Assembly (NCBI GenBank): GCA_035650735.1
Contig: DASRGZ010000218.1
Coordinates: 1-46,296 of the forward strand
Length of the DNA stretch: 46,296 nucleotides
From: Chthonomonadaceae bacterium
GTDB lineage: Bacteria; Armatimonadota; Chthonomonadetes; Chthonomonadales; Chthonomonadaceae
Direction of reading: 5' to 3'
The notes below the pieces were generated by a model that was not told the origin of the DNA, ran no database searches, and was given only the letters and a program-made list of their open reading frames with translations. Both the position numbers and the translations under genes were made by a program. Of this stretch, positions 26,391 through 35,875 are shown in pieces (the stretch's first letter is position 1; each line of letters opens with the position of its first letter).

Positions 26391-27610
26391 TTCACCAGTT
26401 CCTGGGCTTGGAAGATCGGAAGAAGCACGGATAAGACGACGAAGCCGACGAAGGTTCCCATCGAGAGAACGATAAGCGGCTCGACCAGAGATACCAGGCG
26501 GCGCATCCCGGTATCCACCTCGAAATCCAGGCTGTCCGAGACACGTTCGAGCATTTTCGGAAGGTCGCCGGTCTCTTCGCCGATGGCGACCATGTGGGTC
26601 AGCACGGGCGGGAACGTGCCCGCGTCGGCCATCGCTTCGGCAATCGGGCGGCCTGCGCGCACCTCTTCCTCGACCGCCTGCGCGCTTTTGTGGAAGACGC
26701 GATTGCCTGCCGAAAGCCCCGCGATTTCCAGGGCTTCCAGGATGGAAACGCCGCCATAGACCAGCGTGCCCAGCACGCGGGCAAATCGGGAGATGGTCGC
26801 TTTGGTGATGACCGGCCCGATAATCGGCGCGTAGAGCAGAAAACGGTCGCGGGCCTCGGCTCCCGCCGGCGTGGAGAACCAGAAGCGTATCCCGATGAAG
26901 CTGCCCACCACCGCGCCGACGACCAGAATCCAGTTGCGCGTCAGAAAATCGGTGCCGCCGAGCAGCATCACGGTCGTGATCGGCAGGTTGCTTCCCAGGT
27001 CGTGGAAGATGCCGGAGAGGCGCGGGACCACGAAGGTCAACAGGAAGATAACGACCAGAATCGCCGTCGTGGACAGGATGGCCGGATAGACGAGCGCGCT
27101 GACGATCTGACTGCGGCGGGCGACCTCTTTTTCTTGAAAATCGGCCAGACGTCCCGCCACCTGCCCGAACTGTCCACTGGCTTCACCGGCCCGCAGCGTC
27201 TGCGTGTAGACGTCCGGAAAATAGCGAGGATGCTTGGCGAGCGCCTGGCTGACCGGGATTCCGGAGCGCACGTCCGCCAGCGCCTCCAGCGCGATATCCT
27301 TCAAGGTGGCGCTCTCCGACTGCTCGGCGACCACGTGCAGCGCGCGGTCTAGCGGCAGGCCCGCAGTAGACAGGTCCGCCAGACGTCGGGTGAACAGGGC
27401 CAGCTCCTGCCGGGAGGGGGACTTGCGCCGTCCCGTCTTCTGCGCGCCGGAAGCGGAGGCGGCACGCTGCGATTCCTGGATCTCCAGAACGAAGCGCCCG
27501 TCGGCGGCAAGCCGGGCTATCGCCGCCTCGCTGCTCTCCGCCTCGATCACGCCGGTCTTGCGCGCCCCGGCCATGTCGAGCGCCGTGTAGGCGAACGTCT
27601 GCTGCGCCAT
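26387..27610 (-). CDS. gspF: Type II secretion platform protein GspF
   Basis: Start MAQQTFAYTALD immediately after the gspE stop; AGEASG, ALVYP, IGEETGDL, LVEP motifs. Confidence 0.93.
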   Translation of the reverse strand: MAQQTFAYTALDMAGARKTGVIEAESSEAAIARLAADGRFVLEIQESQRAASASGAQKTGRRKSPSRQELALFTRRLADLSTAGLPLDRALHVVAEQSESATLKDIALEALADVRSGIPVSQALAKHPRYFPDVYTQTLRAGEASGQFGQVAGRLADFQEKEVARRSQIVSALVYPAILSTTAILVVIFLLTFVVPRLSGIFHDLGSNLPITTVMLLGGTDFLTRNWILVVGAVVGSFIGIRFWFSTPAGAEARDRFLLYAPIIGPVITKATISRFARVLGTLVYGGVSILEALEIAGLSAGNRVFHKSAQAVEEEVRAGRPIAEAMADAGTFPPVLTHMVAIGEETGDLPKMLERVSDSLDFEVDTGMRRLVSLVEPLIVLSMGTFVGFVVLSVLLPIFQAQELVK

Positions 27611-27611
27611 G

Positions 27612-29303
27612 CTAGACGGCCTCCCTCTGGCAGACGCGCAGCACCTCTTCCGGCGTCGTTTTCCCTTCCAGCACCGCCAGCTTGCCATCGCCGAAGAGCG
27701 TCCGCATGCCCTGCGTGCGGATCGCGTGGTCTTTCATGACGGAAGAACTGGAGCGGTCTACCGTCATGCGGCGAATCGGCTCATCCACGAGGAACAGCTC
27801 GTAGAGGCCCTGCCGTCCCTTGAAGCCCGTATGCTGGCAGCGATCACAGCCGCGCCCGCGCCGGAAGGGCGGGTCTCCCGACCAGTCCTCGCGTGTCAGG
27901 CCAATCGCTTCCAGCACCTCCGGGCTGGGCATGTCCGGCTCACTGCAAAACGCGCACACCCGGCGCACAAGCCGCTGCGCGATGGCTCCGATGAGCGAGG
28001 AAGCCACCAGATACGGCTCGACGCCCATATCGAGCAGGCGGGTCACCGCCCCCGGCGCGTCGTTCGTGTGGAGCGTAGAGAAGACCAAGTGCCCGGTCAG
28101 CGCGGCATGGATGGCGATCTCCGCCGTCTCATGATCGCGAATCTCGCCCACCATGATGATGTCCGGGTCCTGCCGCACAATGCTCCTCAGCCCGCTGGCA
28201 AACGTCAGCCCGATCTGGGGCCGTACCTGAATCTGGCTGATGCCGGGAACCTGGTACTCTACCGGGTCCTCAATGGTCAGGATGTTGGTGGTGGGCGACC
28301 ATATCTCTTGCAGGGAAGCGTAGAGCGAGGTGGATTTGCCCGAACCGGTCGGCCCCGTCGCCAGGATCACGCCGTAGGGAACATGAATCATCTGTCGGTA
28401 GCGCTGCAGCGTGTCAGGCCGCATTCCAAGCTCTTCCAGGCCGAGCAGCGCCGTGGTCTTATCCAGAATACGCATGACGGCGCGCTCGCCAAAGACCGTC
28501 GGCACGATGCTGAGGCGCACGTCAATGGATCGCCCGGCGATGGTCAGCTTGATGCGTCCGTCCTGGGGCAGCCGCCGCTCGGCGATATTCAGCTCGCTGA
28601 GGATCTTGAGGCGGGATACGATGGCCGCGTGCATCCGCTTGGGCGGGTTTAGGGCGTCGCGCAGCATGCCATCAATGCGATAGCGCACCTTGACTTCCCG
28701 CTCATACGGCTCGATATGGATGTCGCTCGCTGCGTCCCGCACGGCCTGCGCGAAGATGAGATTGACCATCTGCACGACGGCGGTCTCGCCGGCCATCTTC
28801 TGAAGGTCGGCCAGGTCGGTGGAGTCATCCACCTCCGTCGCGGTCGTCTCCTCGGCATGGCCCGGCAGCCCCGACAGGATCTTTTCGAGGAATATCTCCT
28901 CGATCTTGGCGCGCACCAGCGCGGGCGAGGCTAGCACGGCCTTAGTGGGCATCTGAAGCAGGACGCTCAGCTCATCCGCCGCCGCCAGGGATTGGGGCGC
29001 GCCGATGGCCACGACCAGAACGTTGCCTTCTATCGCCATCGGCAGGATCTGATGCTTGAGCGCGAAATCGCCGGGGGCCATCCGGATCGCCTCTTCGCTC
29101 GGTTTCACCTCCTCAAGGTCAATCCACTCGAAGCCGTCCTGCATCGGAACGGACTCGGTAGGGGCGGTGCGTTGGTTAAGGATGGAAGTTGTCATAGTCA
29201 TAGAAACCGATTGGGCCGCAGGAACCGTTTTCTTGCCGCGTGGTGATACGGGCTTCCTTGCGGCCCGCCTGATATTAGGATGCGGCAGCGGGGAGGGCCG
29301 CAT
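27612..29303 (-). CDS. gspE: Type II secretion ATPase GspE/PilB
   Basis: ASDIHIEP, RLPQDGR, GPTGSGKST (Walker A), TIEDPVE, RQDPDIIMVGEIRD, TLHTND, CxxC...CxxC. The true start is uncertain and may be 29201 or 29195. Confidence 0.93.
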   Translation of the reverse strand: MRPSPLPHPNIRRAARKPVSPRGKKTVPAAQSVSMTMTTSILNQRTAPTESVPMQDGFEWIDLEEVKPSEEAIRMAPGDFALKHQILPMAIEGNVLVVAIGAPQSLAAADELSVLLQMPTKAVLASPALVRAKIEEIFLEKILSGLPGHAEETTATEVDDSTDLADLQKMAGETAVVQMVNLIFAQAVRDAASDIHIEPYEREVKVRYRIDGMLRDALNPPKRMHAAIVSRLKILSELNIAERRLPQDGRIKLTIAGRSIDVRLSIVPTVFGERAVMRILDKTTALLGLEELGMRPDTLQRYRQMIHVPYGVILATGPTGSGKSTSLYASLQEIWSPTTNILTIEDPVEYQVPGISQIQVRPQIGLTFASGLRSIVRQDPDIIMVGEIRDHETAEIAIHAALTGHLVFSTLHTNDAPGAVTRLLDMGVEPYLVASSLIGAIAQRLVRRVCAFCSEPDMPSPEVLEAIGLTREDWSGDPPFRRGRGCDRCQHTGFKGRQGLYELFLVDEPIRRMTVDRSSSSVMKDHAIRTQGMRTLFGDGKLAVLEGKTTPEEVLRVCQREAV

Positions 29304-29354
29304 GCCGGCAGCAGGCCGGTGCGCTGCGATTCAGACCTTTTCATCCAGGATTCC

Positions 29355-29436
29355 GGTAATCGCTCCCAACGGTGTGGACGTATCTCCTCAGCAGCAGGCT
29401 GCGTGAGATTGATCCACACGGCTGGGAGTGTCTACC
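29355..29436 (+). mobile_element. 82-bp MITE, copy 2
   Basis: Near-identical to 11383-11464; 9-bp TSD CAGGATTCC. Confidence 0.92.
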
Positions 29437-29603
29437 CAGGATTCCATAGATAGAGGAAAAGATCATGAATCGCATTTATCTTCCCGCAGAAGAGCAGGCG
29501 TGTTCTTGTATGGCTTTTTGGAGCCTCCAATGATTAGACGACAGCGCGTCATTTCGGCAACAGGGTAGGGCCTGGCAGAAGCAGAGTTGATTTGTCGCCT
29601 GGC

Positions 29604-29782
29604 GCTGAAAGGGAATGTGTAGGGGTGGGGATGTTAGGGAGTGGGCATAAGGTGCTAAGTGCCAACGCAGGCTGAAAGGGAATGTGTAGGGGTGAGGAAC
29701 CGGAAAAAAGGGGACCTGGCCGACGCGAGCACCGCTATTTCTGTGCGCTGCGCGCGTAGGGAACCGGGAAAAAGGGGCCTGG
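29604..29782. repeat. Two pairs of direct repeats upstream of the T2SS operon
   Basis: GCTGAAAGGGAATGTGTAGGGGTG at 29604-29627 and 29671-29694 (perfect). GGAACCGG(A/G)AAAAAGGGG(A)CCTGG at about 29696-29719 and 29760-29782. Confidence 0.8.
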
Positions 29783-29792
29783 GGCAGCGTTA

Positions 29793-29874
29793 GGTAGACA
29801 CTCCCAGCCGTGTGGATCAATCTCACGCAGCCTGCTGCTGAGGAGATGCGTCAATACCGTTGGGAGGGATTACC
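29793..29874 (-). mobile_element. 82-bp MITE, copy 3
   Basis: Reverse orientation; 8-bp TSD CAGCGTTA. Confidence 0.92.
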
Positions 29875-29945
29875 CAGCGTTATCTGTCTACGAGTAAAGT
29901 CTGGGGGCCAGCGTTCGCTTCCGCAAGCTCCCAGACTGACCACAT

Positions 29946-30599
29946 TCATTTTTCTGCTTGTTCGGCCTTGAACGCCTGCTGAGCCTGGTCAAGCACGCTG
30001 GCCCGGCGGGCCAGCCATTCCTCTCGCGTGTTGGTCCGGGGAAAGGGCTCCTCGGGGATGGGAACGCCTAGCGCCGCGCAGAGGGGCGCCCAGCCCTCAG
30101 CAACATTCCATTCGAGCAGGCGTTCGCGAGGAACGGTCTCGCGCACCCGCGCGTTATGGCGCTCAAAGGCAGCGATACAGGCTTGAGGATCGTCAAGCGC
30201 GCTCGTGAAGCGATTGGTCATCATGGCATCAATCATCTTACGCCAGTCCGAATCTGGGGGCCGGCTGGGGATCGCCTGAAAAATGGTATTGTGGGCGCTC
30301 TCCCACCAGGATTGCGGATCGCGCACCGAGAGGACCACCAGCGCGTCGGGGAACGCTTCGCTCAATTCCGGCCAGAACGCCCCCGCCGGCCAATCCACGG
30401 CCGCGGCATAGCCGGCCAGCAGCGTATGCCAATCGGGCATCCGGCCTTCCGCGGCTGAATGCCAGGCAGAAACATGCTCGGGATGCGCGAAGACTTCGAC
30501 CATGTGGTAGCAAGGTGCGCCCAGCAGCCGTTCCAGGGCCAACTTCAGGGAATGGGTCCCTGTCCGACCCAAGCCCGCTCCAATTACGCGCAGATCCAT
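29946..30599 (-). CDS. Sulfotransferase-family P-loop protein (Sulfotransfer_4-like)
   Basis: VIGAGLGRTGTHSLKLALE, CYHM, AAVDWP, VVLSVRDPQSWWES, EGWAPLC...PFPRTN; AAAGGAG RBS. Confidence 0.88.
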   Translation of the reverse strand: MDLRVIGAGLGRTGTHSLKLALERLLGAPCYHMVEVFAHPEHVSAWHSAAEGRMPDWHTLLAGYAAAVDWPAGAFWPELSEAFPDALVVLSVRDPQSWWESAHNTIFQAIPSRPPDSDWRKMIDAMMTNRFTSALDDPQACIAAFERHNARVRETVPRERLLEWNVAEGWAPLCAALGVPIPEEPFPRTNTREEWLARRASVLDQAQQAFKAEQAEK

Positions 30600-30830
30600 C
30601 TTGTCTCCTTTCTTGTGCAGGGTTACCTGCTTTCTCTACTCCATTATATGCCTCGGCTGGAAGTGCGTCAAGAATGTATTTGAACAGCATACCTGCATTC
30701 GTGGATAGATATGACGATCCCTCAACGTAAGGTAGCATAGAGGAAGATTCGGAATTATCGGCGCGGGCGCTGTGGAAAGCGCCCGGCAGAAGGGCTTGAA
30801 AGGTTATGTGAAGGGAACAGGAGGCATCTC

Positions 30831-31841
30831 ATGGCTCGGATCGCCATACACGGTTTTGGCCGCATCGGACGCACGCTGCTTAGGGCAGCCCTCCGAGACC
30901 AACGGTTCGTCCCGGTCTCGATCTCCGACATCAAAGACATCCCCACCCTGGCGGCCTTATTTGAGGTGGACACCAACTACGGTCGCTGGCTCGAAGAGGT
31001 GCAGGCGACGGACCAGGGCTTCCTTATCGGCGGGCGCCAGATCCCCTACTACAATGTGCAGTCGGCGCTCCCCGACTGGAGCTCGCTCGACGTCGAGCTG
31101 GTGGTGGATTGCACCGGCAGGGCCACCACGCGAGCCGGAGCGCAGGCCCACCTGGACCGGGGCGCCAAGCGGGTCCTGATCAGCGCCCCGAGCAAGACCT
31201 TGCAGGATTGCGACGCGGTGCTGCTTCCGGGCATCAACCTGGAGCAGTTTGACCCCCAGCGCCACCGGATCATCAGCATGGCCAGCTGCACCACCAACGC
31301 CCTGGCCCCCCTCATCAAGGTCGTGCGGGAGCACTATGGCCTCCAGTATGGCCTCTTCTCCACCGTCCATGCCTACACCAACTCCCAGTCGCTGACCGAC
31401 CAGCCGATGAAAGACCGTCGGGACTCCTGGGCGGCGGCCGAGAACATCATTCCCTCCTCCTCCGGCGCTGCCAGGGCGTTGCAGTTCATCTGGCCGGACT
31501 TGAAGGTCACCGGCAAGGCGTATCGGGTGCCTACCCGCACCGGCAGCATCGCCGAGGTCAACCTGATCACCGAGCGCCCCGTGACCCCGGAGGAGGTCCA
31601 GGACGCCTTCCGCCAGGCAGCCGCGATGACGCCTCTGAAGGGCGTGATGGCGGTGCTGGAGGAGGAATGGAGCTCGGCGCGCATTGTCGGCGACCCGCAC
31701 TCCTCCCTGGTGGATCTGCCTCTGATCCAGGTGCAAGAGGGCGTGATGCTCTCGGTGGCGGCCTGGTACGACAACGAGATGGGCTTCTCGACCCAACTGG
31801 CCAAGACAGCCGCTTACCTGGCGGGGCAGGGCGCTGCGTAA
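30831..31841 (+). CDS. gap: Type I glyceraldehyde-3-phosphate dehydrogenase homologue (divergent)
   Basis: GFGRIGR, ASCTTNALAP (catalytic Cys), TVHAYT, NIIPSSSGAA, YRVPT, WYDNE. Confidence 0.88.
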   Translation: MARIAIHGFGRIGRTLLRAALRDQRFVPVSISDIKDIPTLAALFEVDTNYGRWLEEVQATDQGFLIGGRQIPYYNVQSALPDWSSLDVELVVDCTGRATTRAGAQAHLDRGAKRVLISAPSKTLQDCDAVLLPGINLEQFDPQRHRIISMASCTTNALAPLIKVVREHYGLQYGLFSTVHAYTNSQSLTDQPMKDRRDSWAAAENIIPSSSGAARALQFIWPDLKVTGKAYRVPTRTGSIAEVNLITERPVTPEEVQDAFRQAAAMTPLKGVMAVLEEEWSSARIVGDPHSSLVDLPLIQVQEGVMLSVAAWYDNEMGFSTQLAKTAAYLAGQGAA

Positions 31842-31982
31842 TTGACGGCTGCCAGCGCCTTTTCCTTCAACCACGGCGGTCCGACCCACAAGCGCCGATA
31901 GAAACCAATGGCGGACGACAATTGCCCGCTGCGGAGCCGGCTCCGCAGCGGGCACTAGACTTGGGTCTCCCTGCCCGCCCGT

Positions 31983-32990
31983 TCAGTCGGTGTTAAGCTC
32001 AGTCCGCAAGACCGCGCCCGCCTGGGTGTGGGGGTCAATCTGCCAATAGCGGTGGGTGTAGTTGAAATAGGTGACCAGCACGAAACCGTGCGAGCGTGCA
32101 AACGCAAAGGCCGCGCGCAGCCATTGGGCTCGTTGCCCATCCGAAGCTTGGCTGGAGACACCCATTTCCGTCACCGCCAGGGGAAGCCCTTTCTGCTTGG
32201 AGTGGGCCAACAGCGTTATCCAGGGCTGGGCTAACTCGGCAAACGAGATAGGCTGGGCCGACCTGCCGCCATAGGCGCGGCGGGGCCGCGAATAGAGGTT
32301 GAGGCCGAAGGCATCGATGAGGCCCACCGGGATGCGGTTGAGCGCTTCTAAAACCTGGCTCTGGCGGTGCACGCCCCAGGCGGCCAGCGGGCTGAAGACA
32401 AAGAGGGCGTTGGTGGCCCCTTCCCGGTCAAAGGCCTGGCGCAGACGGATCCAGGCCAGGGCCAGATCGCGGGGCGTGTTGGCCCGGGTGGGATGGCCCA
32501 ACTCCCAGGGCGCGTCTGCGGTGGCGTCGTTCATCTCCGAAAAGGGGCGCAGGAAGAACCATTTCGGTTGCTCTCGATATCGGGCGATCTCTCGGGCCAG
32601 CAGACGCACATTGCGCTCTACCCGGCTGCCTGGGCGTTGAAGCTCTCGTACGAAGCCGGCCAGGTTGAGGTGGCGGGTCTCCAGAGCAATCTGGGGCCAG
32701 AAGGGACGGCCCAGACCCGCTTGCAGGGCCGCCTGGGTGCGCAGGCAGGTGAGGATTCCTTCGACCTCGGCGGGACTGCTGTCGAGCTTGAGGTAGGCCA
32801 AGATGGCCGTGCGGCAGCCCGGATACTCCTTGAGGAAGTCGGCCATGTGCATTCCCTGACCCAGGCCGACGGCGATGGCCCCCAGATGGGAAGCGCGGGT
32901 GTGGCATGAGGTGGCGCGCGTGCGCTCCTGGGACAGAAGAAGCGCGAAGACGGCAAAGAGGGCGGCAAGAAGGGCAAGGACAGGTCGCAT
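31983..32990 (-). CDS. Secreted clan GH-A glycoside hydrolase, GH26-like
   Basis: Signal peptide; FLRPFSEMN (acid/base), FVFSP, IDAFGLNLY, PLAVTEMGV (nucleophile). Confidence 0.7.
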   Translation of the reverse strand: MRPVLALLAALFAVFALLLSQERTRATSCHTRASHLGAIAVGLGQGMHMADFLKEYPGCRTAILAYLKLDSSPAEVEGILTCLRTQAALQAGLGRPFWPQIALETRHLNLAGFVRELQRPGSRVERNVRLLAREIARYREQPKWFFLRPFSEMNDATADAPWELGHPTRANTPRDLALAWIRLRQAFDREGATNALFVFSPLAAWGVHRQSQVLEALNRIPVGLIDAFGLNLYSRPRRAYGGRSAQPISFAELAQPWITLLAHSKQKGLPLAVTEMGVSSQASDGQRAQWLRAAFAFARSHGFVLVTYFNYTHRYWQIDPHTQAGAVLRTELNTD

Positions 32991-33119
32991 CGGGTATCTT
33001 TCGGATGCCAGAGCGCCTGGGGCTCCAGGCGCTTCGGAAGTGGTTTGCTAGGAGAGAACGTGGCGTTTGTTGGATCGTGACGGGCGTGTGATCCGGTTTC
33101 TTGGCTCGACCGATACGCT

Positions 33120-33201
33120 GGTAGACACTCCCAGCCGTGTGGATCAATCTCACGCAGCCTGCTGCTGAGGAGATACGTCAACACCGTTGGGAGGGATTAC
33201 C
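33120..33201 (-). mobile_element. 82-bp MITE, copy 4
   Basis: Reverse orientation; 8-bp TSD GATACGCT. Confidence 0.92.
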
Positions 33202-33325
33202 GATACGCTGGTTATCAAGCAAAAATACAGGCAGAAGAGCGTTCCTGTTCCCCGTGTTGTCGGCCTCAACCGATTTGCAGGGATCGCTTGACGTCAGGAC
33301 GTACTGTTGGGCAGAGGGACCTTAA

Positions 33326-33415
33326 GAGCTCCTAACAAACCCTGGCTGTCAGGCTCTCCCCTCACCCCGGCCCTCTCCCTGCAAGGCAGAGGGAGAGCGG
33401 GTTTGTTAGACACTC
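33326..33415. mobile_element. 90-bp MITE-like element carrying a REP-like hairpin
   Basis: Imperfect TIRs GAGCTCCTAACAAACCC / GGGTTTGTTAGACACTC, flanked by TAA on both sides. Internal CCCTCACCCCGGCCCTCTCCCT...AGGGAGAG hairpin. Confidence 0.7.
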
Positions 33416-33436
33416 TAAGCGCAAAATAGGGACGAC

Positions 33437-34687
33437 ATGGAAAACCAAGGGGAAGCCTGGTTAGCCTCTTTAGACGATCCGCTCCGGGAGACACTGATGG
33501 CAGCCGGGGAGGAACTGTCGGAGCGAATACAGCAGGTCGTGGCGCCGCTGCGCGGCGAACCGGCCTTCGATCCCGGCCAGATGGCACGCAGGGCAGAGCA
33601 GATCGCGCTGCCGCGCGAGGCACGCTTTGCGCATCCGTTGCTGGAAAGGGCCGTGCGTGTTGGGCTGGCGCACATCGAAGCGACGTTTCAGGGCGACCAT
33701 CCCAAGTACGGCGTCGGCGCCTACGCCGGCCCAGAGCACGACGGCTTTCCGCCGACCATCATTGCCGCCGTGGACGCGCTGACGCTGTGGGGGCAGGTGC
33801 AGCGTGCGGAACGTCTCCTGGCCTACTGGCTGACCCATTTCGTGCGCGCGGAGGGGACCCTTGCCTATTATGGGCCGTCGGTCAGCGAGTACGGGCAGCT
33901 GCTGACCACCACACGGCGGCTATGGGAGCGCGGCGGTTCGCAGATATGGCTGCAAACGCACCGGAACCCGTTGGTACGGCTTGCCGAATACCTGCAACAG
34001 CAGATGCGCCGCGAGGGTCGGATCGGGCTGATACCGGGCGTGCCGGAGGCCGACGAACGACAACAGACCGCCACCTACTTCCACAACAGCGCCTGGGCCG
34101 TGCGCGGGCTGGAGGATTTCGCCTTTCTCAGCGAACAGAGAGGGCAGATTCATAGGGCCAGGGGCGCCCGGCAGGACGCCTCCTCTCTGCGCCAACTCCT
34201 GCTGGACGCGCTGGAACAGGTCTGGCCGCAGAACCCGCAAGACTGGTGGCTGCGCCCGATGGTGGAAGAGGATCGGGAAGGCTACTGGGCACGCCCGCAG
34301 GGCCGCGTCACCGCTAACCGTCTTGGCAGTTACACCAACTATCGGTACTGGCCGGAGCTTCTCTCCAGCGGCGTGCTTCCCCGGCGCTGGATGGAACGGA
34401 TCGTCAACGCCCGGCTGACCGGCGGCGGGCAGTTCTGCGGCACGACCCGCTTTATGAACCATCTGGACGACTGGCCTCTGATGGAGTACCTCGACGGCCT
34501 TTGGCACCTGGGCCGGATGGCAGATTATCGCCTGAGCCTGTGGGGGCACATTGCCTGTCATCAGGCCGAAGACCATCTCACCGCCTACGAGCAAGTCTCT
34601 TTCCCGCCTGGACGTCCGATGGCGGACTACTGCTTGCCTTGCCAGTTGGTGGCCGTGCGCGCCGCCGGGCGTCTCCTGCTGGAATGA
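33437..34687 (+). CDS. Hypothetical protein, possibly (alpha/alpha)-barrel glycosidase-like
   Basis: 416-aa ORF with host-like codon usage; helical, W/Y-rich motifs (GVPEAD, YFHNSAWAVRGL, YTNYRYWPE). The fold is inference. Confidence 0.65.
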   Translation: MENQGEAWLASLDDPLRETLMAAGEELSERIQQVVAPLRGEPAFDPGQMARRAEQIALPREARFAHPLLERAVRVGLAHIEATFQGDHPKYGVGAYAGPEHDGFPPTIIAAVDALTLWGQVQRAERLLAYWLTHFVRAEGTLAYYGPSVSEYGQLLTTTRRLWERGGSQIWLQTHRNPLVRLAEYLQQQMRREGRIGLIPGVPEADERQQTATYFHNSAWAVRGLEDFAFLSEQRGQIHRARGARQDASSLRQLLLDALEQVWPQNPQDWWLRPMVEEDREGYWARPQGRVTANRLGSYTNYRYWPELLSSGVLPRRWMERIVNARLTGGGQFCGTTRFMNHLDDWPLMEYLDGLWHLGRMADYRLSLWGHIACHQAEDHLTAYEQVSFPPGRPMADYCLPCQLVAVRAAGRLLLE

Positions 34688-34847
34688 ATAAACAAGGACT
34701 GCGTCCCGGCGGTCTGGCTGCCCGCATCTCTGCCACACGGTTCTCCCCGCAGAGGATGCCCAGGCACGTGCAGGCGCACCGGCGGTTTGGTGGAACGGCA
34801 CGAATTTGAACTTCCGTACCGCGCACCGGCGGTACTTAACGGGCTGC

Positions 34848-35827
34848 TCAGTTGGTTCGCTGCATCTTAGCGAGACAGAGGTCTCGGTTTCTTGCGGTAG
34901 AGTGCCACGAGCGGATGCTCTCCCTCTCTTGGACGGCCTATCTGCGCCATTTGCTTATCTACCCGAGCGATATGGGCCTCCAGGGCGACCAAAAATCACT
35001 CATACAAAGGCAACGCCTTCGCATACTCCCCTTGCATCTGATACGCATATGCCAGATTGCTGACGATATTGGTTGTACGAGCATCATCTGGCCCAAGGAC
35101 ATGTTCCCGCTATTGCCAGCGCACGCTCATAGAAGGCTACGGCTTTCGCCTGTTCCCCCCGCCGAGAATACACAGAGGCCAGAGAACTCAGAGTTTCCGC
35201 TACCTCAGGATGCTCCGGTCCCAACTGTTTCTCCTGGATTGGCAGAACACGCTCCAGCAGCGGTTGGGCTTCGGCGTGTCTATCCTGGGTACGGAGCAGG
35301 TAGGCCACATGCGTCAGACTCTGGACTATGTCGGGATGCTCCGGGGCCAGGACCTGTTCCCATGTCGCCAGAGTGCGCTGATAGAGCGGCAAGGCCTTTG
35401 CATACTGATGTTCCGTACGATACAGTTCTGCCAGGCTATGCAGACACTCTACGAGATCGGTCGACTCCGGCCTCTGCTCCAGGAGCAACCGTATCTGTTC
35501 TAAACGCTCCCCTACATTTTTCCGCAGAGTCCGACAGCGTTCTGATAGGGCCCTATACTCCTCTATCGTCTCTATTGTCGCACTCTCAGGGTTATCCCAG
35601 TCTAGCAGGGACTGATCAGCTCCTCTTTGCACACTCTCGGTAAGAGTTATCACCTGATGCAGCAGAGGCAAGGCTTCCCTATAGTTGCCCTGGTCACCAA
35701 ATTTTAGCACCTGCTGTTGCAATTGCTCCGCTCTATCCAGTTTGTTTGCTATCTGCGTGTCTCCTCGACCGGCGCCAGCAGGGTGGGTGGAAATATATGG
35801 TTGTTGGGCCGTTTGAAACGGTTCCAC
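34848..35827 (-). pseudogene. Degraded TPR protein (kinesin-light-chain-type TPR_12 repeats)
   Basis: Repeats ALPLYQRTLATWEQVLAPEHPD. A +1 shift near 35110 hides REHVLGPDDARTTNIVSNLAYAYQMQGEYAKALPLYE, followed by TGA at 34996-34998 and a probable further shift near 34890. Confidence 0.8.
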
Positions 35828-35875
35828 ATCGCCGGTTCCCCGCTAGTATTCAGGTCTCAGTGTCCATGTTATACG

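Noticed and set aside
4066..29668. GTTGGCAC motifs (minus strand near 4070, 4395 and 29660) as sigma54 promoters
   Set aside because: No GC at the required GG-N10-GC spacing in any of the three.
29355..29874. Composite transposon formed by MITE copies 2 and 3
   Set aside because: Each copy has its own distinct TSD, showing independent insertions.
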